Shown: positions 25,901 to 43,900, counted from the first letter of the stretch. The stretch is 64,000 nucleotides of DNA from Eledone cirrhosa (GCA_964016885.1 OZ024741.1:209064001-209128000), one strand, 5' to 3'. Numbers and translations: made by a program. The notes: a model not told the origin generated them from the letters alone.

Positions 25901-28900
25901 TACGGTTGACAATCTTTCACAACATTGTCATACTAAGACACATAGTGTTGACAATCTTTCACAACATTGTCATACTAAGACACATAGTGTTGACAATCTT
26001 TCACAACATTGTCATACTAAGACACATACTGTTGACAATCTTTCACAACATTGTCGTACTATGACACATAGTGTTGACAATCTTTCACAACATTGTCATA
26101 CTAAGACACATAGTGTTGACAATCTTTCACAACATTGTCATACTAAGACACATACTGTTGACAATCTTTCACAACATTGTCGTACTAAGACACATAGTGT
26201 TGACAATCTTTCACAACATTGTCATACTAAGACACATAGTGTTGACAATCTTTCACAACATTGTCGTACTAAGACAGTTACTGTTGACAATCTTTCACAA
26301 CATTGTCATACTAAGACAGTTACTGTTGACAATCTTTCACAACATTGTCGTACTAAGACACATACTGTTAACAATCTTTCACAACATTGTCATACTAAGA
26401 CACATACTGTTAACAATCTTTCACAACATTGTCGTACTAAGACACATAGTGTTGACAATCTTTCACAACATTGTCATACTAAGACACATAGTGTTGACAA
26501 TCTTTCACAACATTGTCGTACTAAGACAGTTACTGTTGACAATCTTTCACAACATTGTCATACTAAGACAGTTACTGTTGACAATCTTTCACAACATTGT
26601 CGTACTAAGACACATAGTGTTGACAATCTTTCACAACATTGTCATACTAAGACACATACTGTTGACAATCTTTCACAACATTGTCATACTAAGACACATA
26701 CTGTTGACAATCTTTCACAACATTGTCATACTAAGACACATACTGTTGACAATCTTTCACAACATTGTCATACTAAGACACATAGTGTTGACAATCTTTC
26801 ACAACATTGTCATACTAAGACACATAGTGTTGACAATCTTTCACAACATTGTCGTACTAAGACACATACTGTTAACAATCTTTCACAACATTGTCATACT
26901 AAGACACATACTGTTAACAATCTTTCACAACATTGTCATACTAAGACACATAGTGTTGACAATCTTTCACAACATTGTCATACTAAGACACATAGTGTTG
27001 ACAATCTTTCACAACATTGTCATACTAAGACACATACTGTTGACAATCTTTCACAACATTGTCGTACTAAGACACATAGTGTTGACAATCTTTCACAACA
27101 TTGTCATACTAAGACACATACTGTTGACAATCTTTCACAACATTGTCATACTAAGACACATAGTGTTGACAATCTTTCACAACATTGTCATACTAAGACA
27201 CATACTGTTGACAATCTTTCACAACATTGTCATACTAAGACACATAGTGTTGACAATCTTTCACAACATTGTCGTACTAAGACAGTTACTGTTGACAATC
27301 TTTCACAACATTGTCATACTAAGACAGTTACTGTTGACAATCTTTCACAACATTGTCGTACTAAGACACATACTGTTAACAATCTTTCACAACATTGTCA
27401 TACTAAGACACATACTGTTAACAATCTTTCACAACATTGTCGTACTAAGACACATAGTGTTGACAATCTTTCACAACATTGTCATACTAAGACACATAGT
27501 GTTGACAATCTTTCACAACATAGTCGTACTAAGACAGTTACTGTTGACAATCTTTCACAACATTGTCATACTAAGACAGTTACTGTTGACAATCTTTCAC
27601 AACATTGTCGTACTAAGACACATAGTGTTGACAATCTTTCACAACATTGTCATACTAAGACACATACTGTTGACAATCTTTCACAACATTGTCATACTAA
27701 GACACATACTGTTGACAATCTTTCACAACATTGTCATACTAAGACACATAGTGTTGACAATCTTTCACAACATTGTCATACTAAGACACATAGTGTTGAC
27801 AATCTCTCACAACATTGTCATACTAAGACACATAGTGTTGACAATCTTTCACAACATTGTCGTACTAAGACAGTTACTGTTGACAATCTTTCACAACATT
27901 GTCGTACTAAGACACATAGTGTTGACAATCTTTCACAACATTGTCATACTAAGACACATAGTGTTGACAATCTTTCACAACATTGTCATACTAAGACACA
28001 TACTGTTGACAATCTTTCACAACATTGTCGTACTATGACACATAGTGTTGACAATCTTTCACAACATTGTCATACTAAGACACATAGTGTTGACAATCTT
28101 TCACAACATTGTCATACTAAGACACATACTGTTGACAATCTTTCACAACATTGTCGTACTAAGACACATAGTGTTGACAATCTTTCACAACATTGTCATA
28201 CTAAGACACATAGTGTTGACAATCTTTCACAACATTGTCGTACTAAGACAGTTACTGTTGACAATCTTTCACAACATTGTCATACTAAGACAGTTACTGT
28301 TGACAATCTTTCACAACATTGTCGTACTAAGACACATACTGTTAACAATCTTTCACAACATTGTCATACTAAGACACATACTGTTAACAATCTTTCACAA
28401 CATTGTCGTACTAAGACACATAGTGTTGACAATCTTTCACAACATTGTCATACTAAGACACATAGTGTTGACAATCTTTCACAACATTGTCGTACTAAGA
28501 CAGTTACTGTTGACAATCTTTCACAACATTGTCATACTAAGACAGTTACTGTTGACAATCTTTCACAACATTGTCGTACTAAGACACATAGTGTTGACAA
28601 TCTTTCACAACATTGTCATACTAAGACACATACTGTTGACAATCTTTCACAACATTGTCATACTAAGACACATACTGTTGACAATCTTTCACAACATTGT
28701 CATACTAAGACACATACTGTTGACAATCTTTTACAACATTGTCATACTAAGACACATAGTGTTGACAATCTTTCACAACATTGTCATACTAAGACACATA
28801 GTGTTGACAATCTTTCACAACATTGTCGTACTAAGACAGTTACTGTTGACAATCTTTCACAACATTGTCGTACTAAGACAGTTACTGTTGACAATCTTTC

Positions 28901-31900
28901 ACAACATTGTCGTACTAAGACACATACTGTTAACAATCTTTCACAACATTGTCATACTAAGACACATAGTGTTGACAATCTTTCACAACATTGTCATACT
29001 AAGACACATACTGTTGACAATCTTTCACAACATTGTCATACTAAGACACATAGTGTTGACAATCTTTCACAACATTGTCATACTAAGACACATACTGTTG
29101 ACAATCTTTCACAACATTGTCATACTAAGACACATAGTGTTGACAATCTTTCACAACATTGTCATACTAAGACACATACTGTTGACAATCTTTCACAACA
29201 TTGTCATACTAAGACACATAGTGTTGACAATCTTTCACAACATTGTCGTACTAAGACAGTTACTGTTGACAATCTTTCACAACATTGTCATACTAAGACA
29301 GTTACTGTTGACAATCTTTCACAACATTGTCGTACTAAGACACATACTGTTAACAATCTTTCACAACATTGTCATACTAAGACACATACTGTTAACAATC
29401 TTTCACAACATTGTCGTACTAAGACACATAGTGTTGACAATCTTTCACAACATTGTCATACTAAGACACATAGTGTTGACAATCTTTCACAACATAGTCG
29501 TACTAAGACAGTTACTGTTGACAATCTTTCACAACATTGTCATACTAAGACAGTTACTGTTGACAATCTTTCACAACATTGTCGTACTAAGACACATAGT
29601 GTTGACAATCTTTCACAACATTGTCATACTAAGACACATACTGTTGACAATCTTTCACAACATTGTCATACTAAGACACATACTGTTGACAATCTTTCAC
29701 AACATTGTCATACTAAGACACATAGTGTTGACAATCTTTCACAACATTGTCATACTAAGACACATAGTGTTGACAATCTCTCACAACATTGTCATACTAA
29801 GACACATAGTGTTGACAATCTTTCACAACATTGTCGTACTAAGACAGTTACTGTTGACAATCTTTCACAACATTGTCGTACTAAGACACATAGTGTTGAC
29901 AATCTTTCACAACATTGTCATACTAAGACACATACTGTTGACAATCTTTCACAACATTGTCATACTAAGACACATACTGTTGACAATCTTTCACAACATT
30001 GTCATACTAAGACACATAGTGTTGACAATCTTTCACAACATTGTCATACTAAGACATACTGTTGACAATCTTTCACAACATTGTCATACTAAGACACATA
30101 GTGTTGACAATCTTTCACAACATTGTCATACTAAGACACATACTGTTGACAATCTTTCACAACATTGTCATACTAAGACACATAGTGTTGACAATCTTTC
30201 ACAACATTGTCATACTAAGACACATACTGTTGACAATCTTTCACAACATTGTCATACTAAGACACATAGTGTTGACAATCTTTCACAACATTGTCATACT
30301 AAGACACATACTGTTGACAATCTTTCACAACATTGTCATACTAAGACACATAGTGTTGACAATCTTTCACAACATTGTCATACTAAGACACATACTGTTG
30401 ACAATCTTTCACAACATTGTCATACTAAGACACATAGTGTTGACAATCTTTCACAACATTGTCGTACTAAGACAGTTACTGTTGACAATCTTTCACAACA
30501 TTGTCATACTAAGACAGTTACTGTTGACAATCTTTCACAACATTGTCGTACTAAGACACATACTGTTAACAATCTTTCACAACATTGTCATACTAAGACA
30601 CATACTGTTAACAATCTTTCACAACATTGTCGTACTAAGACACATAGTGTTGACAATCTTTCACAACATTGTCATACTAAGACACATAGTGTTGACAATC
30701 TTTCACAACATAGTCGTACTAAGACAGTTACTGTTGACAATCTTTCACAACATTGTCATACTAAGACAGTTACTGTTGACAATCTTTCACAACATTGTCG
30801 TACTAAGACACATAGTGTTGACAATCTTTCACAACATTGTCATACTAAGACACATACTGTTGACAATCTTTCACAACATTGTCATACTAAGACACATACT
30901 GTTGACAATCTTTCACAACATTGTCATACTAAGACACATAGTGTTGACAATCTTTCACAACATTGTCATACTAAGACACATAGTGTTGACAATCTCTCAC
31001 AACATTGTCATACTAAGACACATAGTGTTGACAATCTTTCACAACATTGTCGTACTAAGACAGTTACTGTTGACAATCTTTCACAACATTGTCGTACTAA
31101 GACACATAGTGTTGACAATCTTTCACAACATTGTCATACTAAGACACATACTGTTGACAATCTTTCACAACATTGTCATACTAAGACACATACTGTTGAC
31201 AATCTTTCACAACATTGTCATACTAAGACACATAGTGTTGACAATCTTTCACAACATTGTCATACTAAGACATACTGTTGACAATCTTTCACAACATTGT
31301 CATACTAAGACACATAGTGTTGACAATCTTTCACAACATTGTCATACTAAGACACATACTGTTGACAATCTTTCACAACATTGTCATACTAAGACACATA
31401 GTGTTGACAATCTTTCACAACATTGTCATACTAAGACACATACTGTTGACAATCTTTCACAACATTGTCATACTAAGACACATAGTGTTGACAATCTTTC
31501 ACAACATTGTCGTACTAAGACAGTTACTGTTGACAATCTTTCACAACATTGTCATACTAAGACAGTTACTGTTGACAATCTTTCACAACATTGTCGTACT
31601 AAGACACATACTGTTAACAATCTTTCACAACATTGTCATACTAACACACATACTGTTAACAATCTTTCACAACATTGTCGTACTAAGACACATAGTGTTG
31701 ACAATCTTTCACAACATTGTCATACTAAGACACATAGTGTTGACAATCTTTCACAACATTGTCGTACTAAGACAGTTACTGTTGACAATCTTTCACAACA
31801 TTGTCATACTAAGACAGTTACTGTTGACAATCTTTCACAACATTGTCGTACTAAGACACATAGTGTTGACAATCTTTCACAACATTGTCATACTAAGACA

Positions 31901-34900
31901 CATACTGTTGACAATCTTTCACAACATTGTCATACTAAGACACATACTGTTGACAATCTTTCACAACATTGTCATACTAAGACACATAGTGTTGACAATC
32001 TTTCACAACATTGTCATACTAAGACACATAGTGTTGACAATCTTTCACAACATTGTCATACTAAGACACATAGTGTTGACAATCTTTCACAACATTGTCC
32101 TACTAAGACAGTTACTGTTGACAATCTTTCACAACATTGTCGTACTAAGACAGTTACTGTTGACAATCTTTCACAACATTGTCGTACTAAGACAGTTACT
32201 GTTGACAATCTTTCACAACATTGTCGTACTAAGACACATACTGTTAACAATCTTTCACAACATTGTCATACTAAGACACATAGTGTTGACAATCTTTCAC
32301 AACATTGTCATACTAAGACACATACTGTTGACAATCTTTCACAACATTGTCATACTAAGACACATAGTGTTGACAATCTTTCACAACATTGTCATACTAA
32401 GACACATACTGTTGACAATCTTTCACAACATTGTCATACTAAGACACATAGTGTTGACAATCTTTCACAACATTGTCATACTAAGACACATAGTGTTGAC
32501 AATCTTTCACAACATTGTCATACTAAGACACATAGTGTTGACAATCTCTCACAACATTGTCATACTAAGACACATAGTGTTGACAATCTTTCACAACATT
32601 GTCGTACTAAGACAGTTACTGTTGACAATCTTTCACAACATTGTCGTACTAAGACACATAGTGTTGACAATCTTTCACAACATTGTGATACTAAGACACA
32701 TACTGTTGACAATCTTTCACAACATTGTCATACTAAGACACATACTGTTGACAATCTTTCACAACATTGTCATACTAAGACACATAGTGTTGACAATCTT
32801 TCACAACATTGTCATACTAAGACACATACTGTTGACAATCTTTCACAACATTGTCATACTAAGACACATACTGTTGACAATCTTTCACAACATTGTCATA
32901 CTAAGACACATACTGTTGACAATCTTTCACAACATTGTCATACTAAGACACATAGTGTTGACAATCTTTCACAACATTGTCATACTAAGACACATACTGT
33001 TGACAATCTTTCACAACATTGTCATACTAAGACACATAGTGTTGACAATCTTTCACAACATTGTCGTACTAAGACAGTTGCTGTTGACAATCTTTCACAA
33101 CATTGTCATACTAAGACAGTTACTGTTGACAATCTTTCACAACATTGTCGTACTAAGACACATACTGTTGACAATCTTTCACAACATTGTCATACTAAGA
33201 CACATACTGTTAACAATCTTTCACAACATTGTCGTACTAAAGCACATAGGGTTGACAAGCTTTCACAACATTGTCATATTAAGGTACATACGGTTGACAA
33301 TCTTTCACAACATTGTCATACTAAGACACATACTGTTGACAATCTTTCACAACATTGTCATACTAAGACACATACTGTTGACAATCTTTCACAACATTGT
33401 CATACTAAGACACATAGTGTTGACAATCTTTCACAACATTGTCATACTAAGACACATACTGTTGACAATCTTTCACAACATTGTCATACTAAGACACATA
33501 GTGTTGACAATCTTTCACAACATTGTCATACTAAGACACATACTGTTGACAATCTTTCACAACATTGTCATACTAAGACACATACTGTTGACAATCTTTC
33601 ACAACATTGTCATACTAAGACACATAGTGTTGACAATCTTTCACAACATTGTCATACTAAGACACATACTGTTGACAATCTTTCACAACATTGTCATACT
33701 AAGACACATAGTGTTGACAATCTTTCACAACATTGTCATACTAAGACACATAGTGTTGACAATCTTTCACAACATTGTCATACTAAGACACATAGTGTTG
33801 ACAATCTTTCACAACATTGTCATACTAAGACACATACTGTTGACAATCTTTCACAACATTGTCGTACTAAGACACATAGTGTTGACAATCTTTCACAACA
33901 TTGTCATACTAAGACACATAGGGTTGACAAGCTTTCACAACATTGTCATACTAAGACACATAGTGTTGACAATCTTTCACAACATTGTCATACTAAGACA
34001 CATAGTGTTGACAATCTTTCACAACATTGTCATACTAAGACACATAGGGTTGACAAGCTTTCACAACATTGTCATATTAAGGTACATACGGTTGACAATC
34101 TTTCACAACATTGTCATACTAAGACACATAGTGTTGACAATCTTTCACAACATTGTCATACTAAGACACATAGTGTTGACAATCTTTCACAACATTGTCA
34201 TACTAAGACACATACTGTTGACAATCTTTCACAACATTGTCGTACTAAGACACATAGTGTTGACAATCTTTCACAACATTGTCATACTAAGACACATAGG
34301 GTTGACAAGCTTTCACAACATTGTCATACTAAGACACATAGTGTTGACAATCTTTCACAACATTGTCATACTAAGACACATAGTGTTGACAATCTTTCAC
34401 AACATTGTCATACTAAGACACATAGGGTTGACAAGCTTTCACAACATTGTCATATTAAGGTACATACGGTTGACAATCTTTCACAACATTGTCATACTAA
34501 GACACATAGTGTTGACAATCTTTCACAACATTGTCATACTAAGACACATAGTGTTGACAATCTTTCACAACATTGTCATACTAAGACACATACTGTTGAC
34601 AATCTTTCACAACATTGTCGTACTAAGACACATAGTGTTGACAATCTTTCACAACATTGTCATACTAAGACACATAGTGTTGACAATCTTTCACAACATT
34701 GTCATACTAAGACACATACTGTTGACAATCTTTCACAACATTGTCGTACTAAGACACATAGTGATGACAATCTTTCACAACATTGTCATACTAAGACACA
34801 TAGTGTTGACAATCTTTCACAACATTGTCGTACTAAGACAGTTACTGTTGACAATCTTTCACAACATTGTCATACTAAGACAGTTACTGTTGACAATCTT

Positions 34901-37900
34901 TCACAACATTGTCATACTAAGACACATAGTGTTGACAATCTTTCACAACATTGTCATACTAAGACACATACTGTTGACAATCTTTCACAACATTGTCGTA
35001 CTAAGACACATAGTGTTGACAATCTTTCACAACATTGTCATACTAAGACACATAGTGTTGACAATCTTTCACAACATTGTCATACTAAGACACATACTGT
35101 TGACAATCTTTCACAACATTGTCGTACTAAGACACATAGTGTTGACAATCTTTCACAACATTGTCATACTAAGACACATAGTGTTGACAATCTTTCACAA
35201 CATTGTCGTACTAAGACAGTTACTGTTGACAATCTTTCACAACATTGTCATACTAAGACAGTTACTGTTGACAATCTTTCACAACATTGTCGTACTAAGA
35301 CACATACTGTTAACAATCTTTCACAACATTGTCGTACTAAAGCACATAGGGTTGACAATCTTTCACAACATTGTCATGTTAAGGTACATACGGTTGACAA
35401 TCTTTCACAACATTGTCATACTAAGACACATAGTGTTGACAATCTTTCACAACATTGTCATACTAAGACACATAGTGTTGACAATCTTTCACAACATTGT
35501 CATACTAAGACACATACTGTTGACAATCTTTCACAACATTGTCGTACTAAGACACATAGTGTTGACAATCTTTCACAACATTGTCATACTAAGACACATA
35601 GTGTTGACAATCTTTCACAACATTGTCATACTAAGACACATACTGTTGACAATCTTTCACAACATTGTCGTACTAAGACACATAGTGTTGACAATCTTTC
35701 ACAACATTGTCATACTAAGACACATAGTGTTGACAATCTTTCACAACATTGTCGTACTAAGACAGTTACTGTTGACAATCTTTCACAACATTGTCATACT
35801 AAGACAGTTACTGTTGACAATCTTTCACAACATTGTCGTACTAAGACACATACTGTTAACAATCTTTCACAACATTGTCATACTAAGACACATACTGTTA
35901 ACAATCTTTCACAACATTGTCGTACTAAGACACATAGTGTTGACAATCTTTCACAACATTGTCATACTAAGACACATAGTGTTGACAATCTTTCACAACA
36001 TTGTCGTACTAAGACAGTTACTGTTGACAATCTTTCACAACATTGTCATACTAAGACAGTTACTGTTGACAATCTTTCACAACATTGTCGTACTAAGACA
36101 CATAGTGTTGACAATCTTTCACAACATTGTCATACTAAGACACATACTGTTGACAATCTTTCACAACATTGTCATACTAAGACACATACTGTTGACAATC
36201 TTTCACAACATTGTCATACTAAGACACATAGTGTTGACAATCTTTCACAACATTGTCATACTAAGACACATAGTGTTGACAATCTTTCACAACATTGTCA
36301 TACTAAGACACATAATGTTGACAATCTTTCACAACATTGTCGTACTAAGACAGTTACTGTTGACAATCTTTCACAACATTGTCGTACTAAGACAGTTACT
36401 GTTGACAATCTTTCACAACATTGTCGTACTAAGACACATACTGTTAACAATCTTTCACAACATTGTCATACTAAGACACATAGTGTTGACAATCTTTCAC
36501 AACATTGTCATACTAAGACACATACTGTTGACAATCTTTCACAACATTGTCATACTAAGACACATAGTGTTGACAATCTTTCACAACATTGTCATACTAA
36601 GACACATACTGTTGACAATCTTTCACAACATTGTCATACTAAGACACATAGTGTTGACAATCTTTCACAACATTGTCATACTAAGACACATACTGTTGAC
36701 AATCTTTCACAACATTGTCATACTAAGACACATAGTGTTGACAATCTTTCACAACATTGTCGTACTAAGACAGTTACTGTTGACAATCTTTCACAACATT
36801 GTCATACTAAGACAGTTACTGTTGACAATCTTTCACAACATTGTCGTACTAAGACACATACTGTTAACAATCTTTCACAACATTGTCATACTAAGACACA
36901 TACTGTTAACAATCTTTCACAACATTGTCATACTAAGACACATAGTGTTGACAATCTTTCACAACATTGTCATACTAAGACACATAGTGTTGACAATCTT
37001 TCACAACATTGTCATACTAAGACACATACTGTTGACAATCTTTCACAACATTGTCGTACTAAGACACATAGTGTTGACAATCTTTCACAACATTGTCATA
37101 CTAAGACACATAGTGTTGACAATCTTTCACAACATTGTCATACTAAGACACATACTGTTGACAATCTTTCACAACATTGTCGTACTAAGACACATAGTGT
37201 TGACAATCTTTCACAACATTGTCATACTAAGACACATAGTGTTGACAATCTTTCACAACATTGTGGTACTAAGACAGTTACTGTTGACAATCTTTCACAA
37301 CATTGTCATACTAAGACAGTTACTGTTGACAATCTTTCACAACATTGTCGTACTAAGACACATACTGTTAACAATCTTTCACAACATTGTCGTACTAAAG
37401 CACATAGGGTTGACAAGCTTTCACAACATTGTCATATTAAGGTACATACGGTTGACAATCTTTCACAACATTGTCATACTAAGACACATAGTGTTGACAA
37501 TCTTTCACAACATTGTCATACTAAGACACATAGTGTTGACAATCTTTCACAACATTGTCATACTAAGACACATACTGTTGACAATCTTTCACAACATTGT
37601 CGTACTAAGACACATAGTGTTGACAATCTTTCACAACATTGTCATACTAAGACACATAGTGTTGACAATCTTTCACAACGTTGTCATACTAAGACACATA
37701 CTGTTGACAATCTTTCACAACATTGTCGTACTAAGACACATAGTGTTGACAATCTTTCACAACATTGTCATACTAAGACACATAGTGTTGACAATCTTTC
37801 ACAACATTGTCGTACTAAGTCAGTTACTGTTGACAATCTTTCACAACATTGTCATACTAAGACAGTTACTGTTGACAATCTTTCACAACATTGTCGTACT

Positions 37901-40900
37901 AAGACACATACTGTTAACAATCTTTCACAACATTGTCATACTAAGACACATACTGTTAACAATCTTTCACAACATTGTCGTACTAAGACACATAGTGTTG
38001 ACAATCTTTCACAACATTGTCATACTAAGACACATAGTGTTGACAATCTTTCACAACATTGTCGTACTAAGACAGTTACTGTTGACAATCTTTCACAACA
38101 TTGTCATACTAAGACACATACTGTTGACAATCTTTCACAACATTGTCATACTAAGACACATAGTGTTGACAATCTTTCACAACATTGTCATACTAAGACA
38201 CATAGTGTTGACAATCTTTCACAACATTGTCATACTAAGACACATAGTGTTGACAATCTTTCACAACATTGTCATACTAAGACACATAGTGTTGACAATC
38301 TTTCACAACATTGTCGTACTAAGACAGTTACTGTTGACAATCTTTCACAACATTGTCGTACTAAGGCACATAGTGTTGACAATCTTTCACAACATTGTCA
38401 TACTAAGACACATACTGTTGACAATCTTTCACAACATTGTCATACTAAGACACATACTGTTGACAATCTTTCACAACATTGTCATACTAAGACACATAGT
38501 GTTGACAATCTTTCACAACATTGTCATACTAAGACACATAGTGTTGACAATCTTTCACAACATTGTCATACTAAGACACATAGTGTTGACAATCTTTCAC
38601 AACATTGTCGTACTAAGACAGTTACTGTTGACAATCTTTCACAACATTGTCGTACTAAGACAGTTACTGTTGACAATCTTTCACAACATTGTCGTACTAA
38701 GACACATACTGTTAACAATCTTTCACAACATTGTCATACTAAGACACATAGTGTTGACAATCTTTCACAACATTGTCATACTAAGACACATACTGTTGAC
38801 AATCTTTCACAACATTGTCATACTAAGACACATAGTGTTGACAATCTTTCACAACATTGTCATACTAAGACACATACTGTTGACAATCTTTCACAACATT
38901 GTCATACTAAGACACATAGTGTTGACAATCTTTCACAACATTGTCATACTAAGACACATACTGTTGACAATCTTTCACAACATTGTCATACTAAGACACA
39001 TAGTGTTGACAATCTTTCACAACATTGTCGTACTAAGACAGTTACTGTTGACAATCTTTCACAACATTGTCATACTAAGACAGTTACTGTTGACAATCTT
39101 TCACAACATTGTCGTACTAAGACACATACTGTTAACAATCTTTCACAACATTGTCATACTAAGACACATACTGTTAACAATCTTTCACAACATTGTCATA
39201 CTAAGACACATAGTGTTGACAATCTTTCACAACATTGTCATACTAAGACACATAGTGTTGACAATCTTTCACAACATTGTCATACTAAGACACATACTGT
39301 TGACAATCTTTCACAACATTGTCGTACTAAGACACATAGTGTTGACAATCTTTCACAACATTGTCATACTAAGACACACAGTGTTGACAATCTTTCACAA
39401 CATTGTCATACTAAGACACATACTGTTGACAATCTTTCACAACATTGTCGTACTAAGACACATAGTGTTGACAATCTTTCACAACATTGTCATACTAAGA
39501 CACATAGTGTTGACAATCTTTCACAACATTGTCGTACTAAGACAGTTACTGTTGACAATCTTTCACAACATTGTCATACTAAGACAGTTACTGTTGACAA
39601 TCTTTCACAACATTGTCATACTAAGACACATAGTGTTGACAATCTTTCACAACATTGTCATACTAAGACACATACTGTTGACAATCTTTCACAACATTGT
39701 CGTACTAAGACACATAGTGTTGACAATCTTTCACAACATTGTCATACTAAGACACATAGTGTTGACAATCTTTCACAACATTGTCATACTAAGACACATA
39801 CTGTTGACAATCTTTCACAACATTGTCGTACTAAGACACATAGTGTTGACAATCTTTCACAACATTGTCATACTAAGACACATAGTGTTGACAATCTTTC
39901 ACAACATTGTGGTACTAAGACAGTTACTGTTGACAATCTTTCACAACATTGTCATACTAAGACAGTTACTGTTGACAATCTTTCACAACATTGTCGTACT
40001 AAGACACATACTGTTAACAATCTTTCACAACATTGTCGTACTAAAGCACATAGGGTTGACAAGCTTTCACAACATTGTCATATTAAGGTACATACGGTTG
40101 ACAATCTTTCACAACATTGTCATACTAAGACACATAGTGTTGACAATCTTTCACAACATTGTCATACTAAGACACATAGTGTTGACAATCTTTCACAACA
40201 TTGTCATACTAAGACACATACTGTTGACAATCTTTCACAACATTGTCGTACTATGACACATAGTGTTGACAATCTTTCACAACATTGTCATACTAAGACA
40301 CATAGTGTTGACAATCTTTCACAACATTGTCATACTAAGACACATACTGTTGACAATCTTTCACAACATTGTCGTACTAAGACACATAGTGTTGACAATC
40401 TTTCACAACATTGTCATACTAAGACACATAGTGTTGACAATCTTTCACAACATTGTCGTACTAAGACAGTTACTGTTGACAATCTTTCACAACATTGTCA
40501 TACTAAGACAGTTACTGTTGACAATCTTTCACAACATTGTCGTACTAAGACACATACTGTTAACAATCTTTCACAACATTGTCATACTAAGACACATACT
40601 GTTAACAATCTTTCACAACATTGTCGTACTAAGACACATAGTGTTGACAATCTTTCACAACATTGTCATACTAAGACACATAGTGTTGACAATCTTTCAC
40701 AACATTGTCGTACTAAGACAGTTACTGTTGACAATCTTTCACAACATTGTCATACTAAGACAGTTACTGTTGACAATCTTTCACAACATTGTCGTACTAA
40801 GACACATAGTGTTGACAATCTTTCACAACATTGTCATACTAAGACACATACTGTTGACAATCTTTCACAACATTGTCATACTAAGACACATACTGTTGAC

Positions 40901-43900
40901 AATCTTTCACAACATTGTCATACTAAGACACATACTGTTGACAATCTTTCACAACATTGTCATACTAAGACACATAGTGTTGACAATCTTTCACAACATT
41001 GTCATACTAAGACACATAGTGTTGACAATCTTTCACAACATTGTCGTACTAAGACAGTTACTGTTGACAATCTTTCACAACATTGTCGTACTAAGACAGT
41101 TACTGTTGACAATCTTTCACAACATTGTCGTACTAAGACACATACTGTTAACAATCTTTCACAACATTGTCATACTAAGACACATAGTGTTGACAATCTT
41201 TCACAACATTGTCATACTAAGACACATACTGTTGACAATCTTTCACAACATTGTCATACTAAGACACATAGTGTTGACAATCTTTCACAACATTGTCATA
41301 CTAAGACACATACTGTTGACAATCTTTCACAACATTGTCATACTAAGACACATAGTGTTGACAATCTTTCACAACATTGTCATACTAAGACACATACTGT
41401 TGACAATCTTTCACAACATTGTCATACTAAGACACATAGTGTTGACAATCTTTCACAACATTGTCGTACTAAGACAGTTACTGTTGACAATCTTTCACAA
41501 CATTGTCATACTAAGACAGTTACTGTTGACAATCTTTCACAACATTGTCGTACTAAGACACATACTGTTAACAATCTTTCACAACATTGTCATACTAAGA
41601 CACATACTGTTAACAATCTTTCACAACATTGTCGTACTAAGACACATAGTGTTGACAATCTTTCACAACATTGTCATACTAAGACACATAGTGTTGACAA
41701 TCTTTCACAACATAGTCGTACTAAGACAGTTACTGTTGACAATCTTTCACAACATTGTCATACTAAGACAGTTACTGTTGACAATCTTTCACAACATTGT
41801 CGTACTAAGACACATAGTGTTGACAATCTTTCACAACATTGTCATACTAAGACACATACTGTTGACAATCTTTCACAACATTGTCATACTAAGACACATA
41901 CTGTTGACAATCTTTCACAACATTGTCATACTAAGACACATAGTGTTGACAATCTTTCACAACATTGTCATACTAAGACACATAGTGTTGACAATCTCTC
42001 ACAACATTGTCATACTAAGACACATAGTGTTGACAATCTTTCACAACATTGTCGTACTAAGACAGTTACTGTTGACAATCTTTCACAACATTGTCGTACT
42101 AAGACACATAGTGTTGACAATCTTTCACAACATTGTCATACTAAGACACATAGTGTTGACAATCTTTCACAACATTGTCATACTAAGACACATACTGTTG
42201 ACAATCTTTCACAACATTGTCGTACTATGACACATAGTGTTGACAATCTTTCACAACATTGTCATACTAAGACACATAGTGTTGACAATCTTTCACAACA
42301 TTGTCATACTAAGACACATACTGTTGACAATCTTTCACAACATTGTCGTACTAAGACACATAGTGTTTACAATCTTTCACAACATTGTCATACTAAGACA
42401 CATAGTGTTGACAATCTTTCACAACATTGTCGTACTAAGACAGTTACTGTTGACAATCTTTCACAACATTGTCATACTAAGACAGTTACTGTTGACAATC
42501 TTTCACAACATTGTCGTACTAAGACACATACTGTTAACAATCTTTCACAACATTGTCATACTAAGACACATACTGTTAACAATCTTTCACAACATTGTCG
42601 TACTAAGACACATAGTGTTGACAATCTTTCACAACATTGTCATACTAAGACACATAGTGTTGACAATCTTTCACAACATTGTCGTACTAAGACAGTTACT
42701 GTTGACAATCTTTCACAACATTGTCATACTAAGACAGTTACTGTTGACAATCTTTCACAACATTGTCGTACTAAGACACATAGTGTTGACAATCTTTCAC
42801 AACATTGTCATACTAAGACACATACTGTTGACAATCTTTCACAACATTGTCATACTAAGACACATACTGTTGACAATCTTTCACAACATTGTCATACTAA
42901 GACACATACTGTTGACAATCTTTTACAACATTGTCATACTAAGACACATAGTGTTGACAATCTTTCACAACATTGTCATACTAAGACACATAGTGTTGAC
43001 AATCTTTCACAACATTGTCGTACTAAGACAGTTACTGTTGACAATCTTTCACAACATTGTCGTACTAAGACAGTTACTGTTGACAATCTTTCACAACATT
43101 GTCGTACTAAGACACATACTGTTAACAATCTTTCACAACATTGTCATACTAAGACACATAGTGTTGACAATCTTTCACAACATTGTCATACTAAGACACA
43201 TACTGTTGACAATCTTTCACAACATTGTCATACTAAGACACATAGTGTTGACAATCTTTCACAACATTGTCATACTAAGACACATACTGTTGACAATCTT
43301 TCACAACATTGTCATACTAAGACACATAGTGTTGACAATCTTTCACAACATTGTCATACTAAGACACATACTGTTGACAATCTTTCACAACATTGTCATA
43401 CTAAGACACATAGTGTTGACAATCTTTCACAACATTGTCGTACTAAGACAGTTACTGTTGACAATCTTTCACAACATTGTCATACTAAGACAGTTACTGT
43501 TGACAATCTTTCACAACATTGTCGTACTAAGACACATACTGTTAACAATCTTTCACAACATTGTCATACTAAGACACATACTGTTAACAATCTTTCACAA
43601 CATTGTCGTACTAAGACACATAGTGTTGACAATCTTTCACAACATTGTCATACTAAGACACATAGTGTTGACAATCTTTCACAACATAGTCGTACTAAGA
43701 CAGTTACTGTTGACAATCTTTCACAACATTGTCATACTAAGACAGTTACTGTTGACAATCTTTCACAACATTGTCGTACTAAGACACATAGTGTTGACAA
43801 TCTTTCACAACATTGTCATACTAAGACACATACTGTTGACAATCTTTCACAACATTGTCATACTAAGACACATACTGTTGACAATCTTTCACAACATTGT

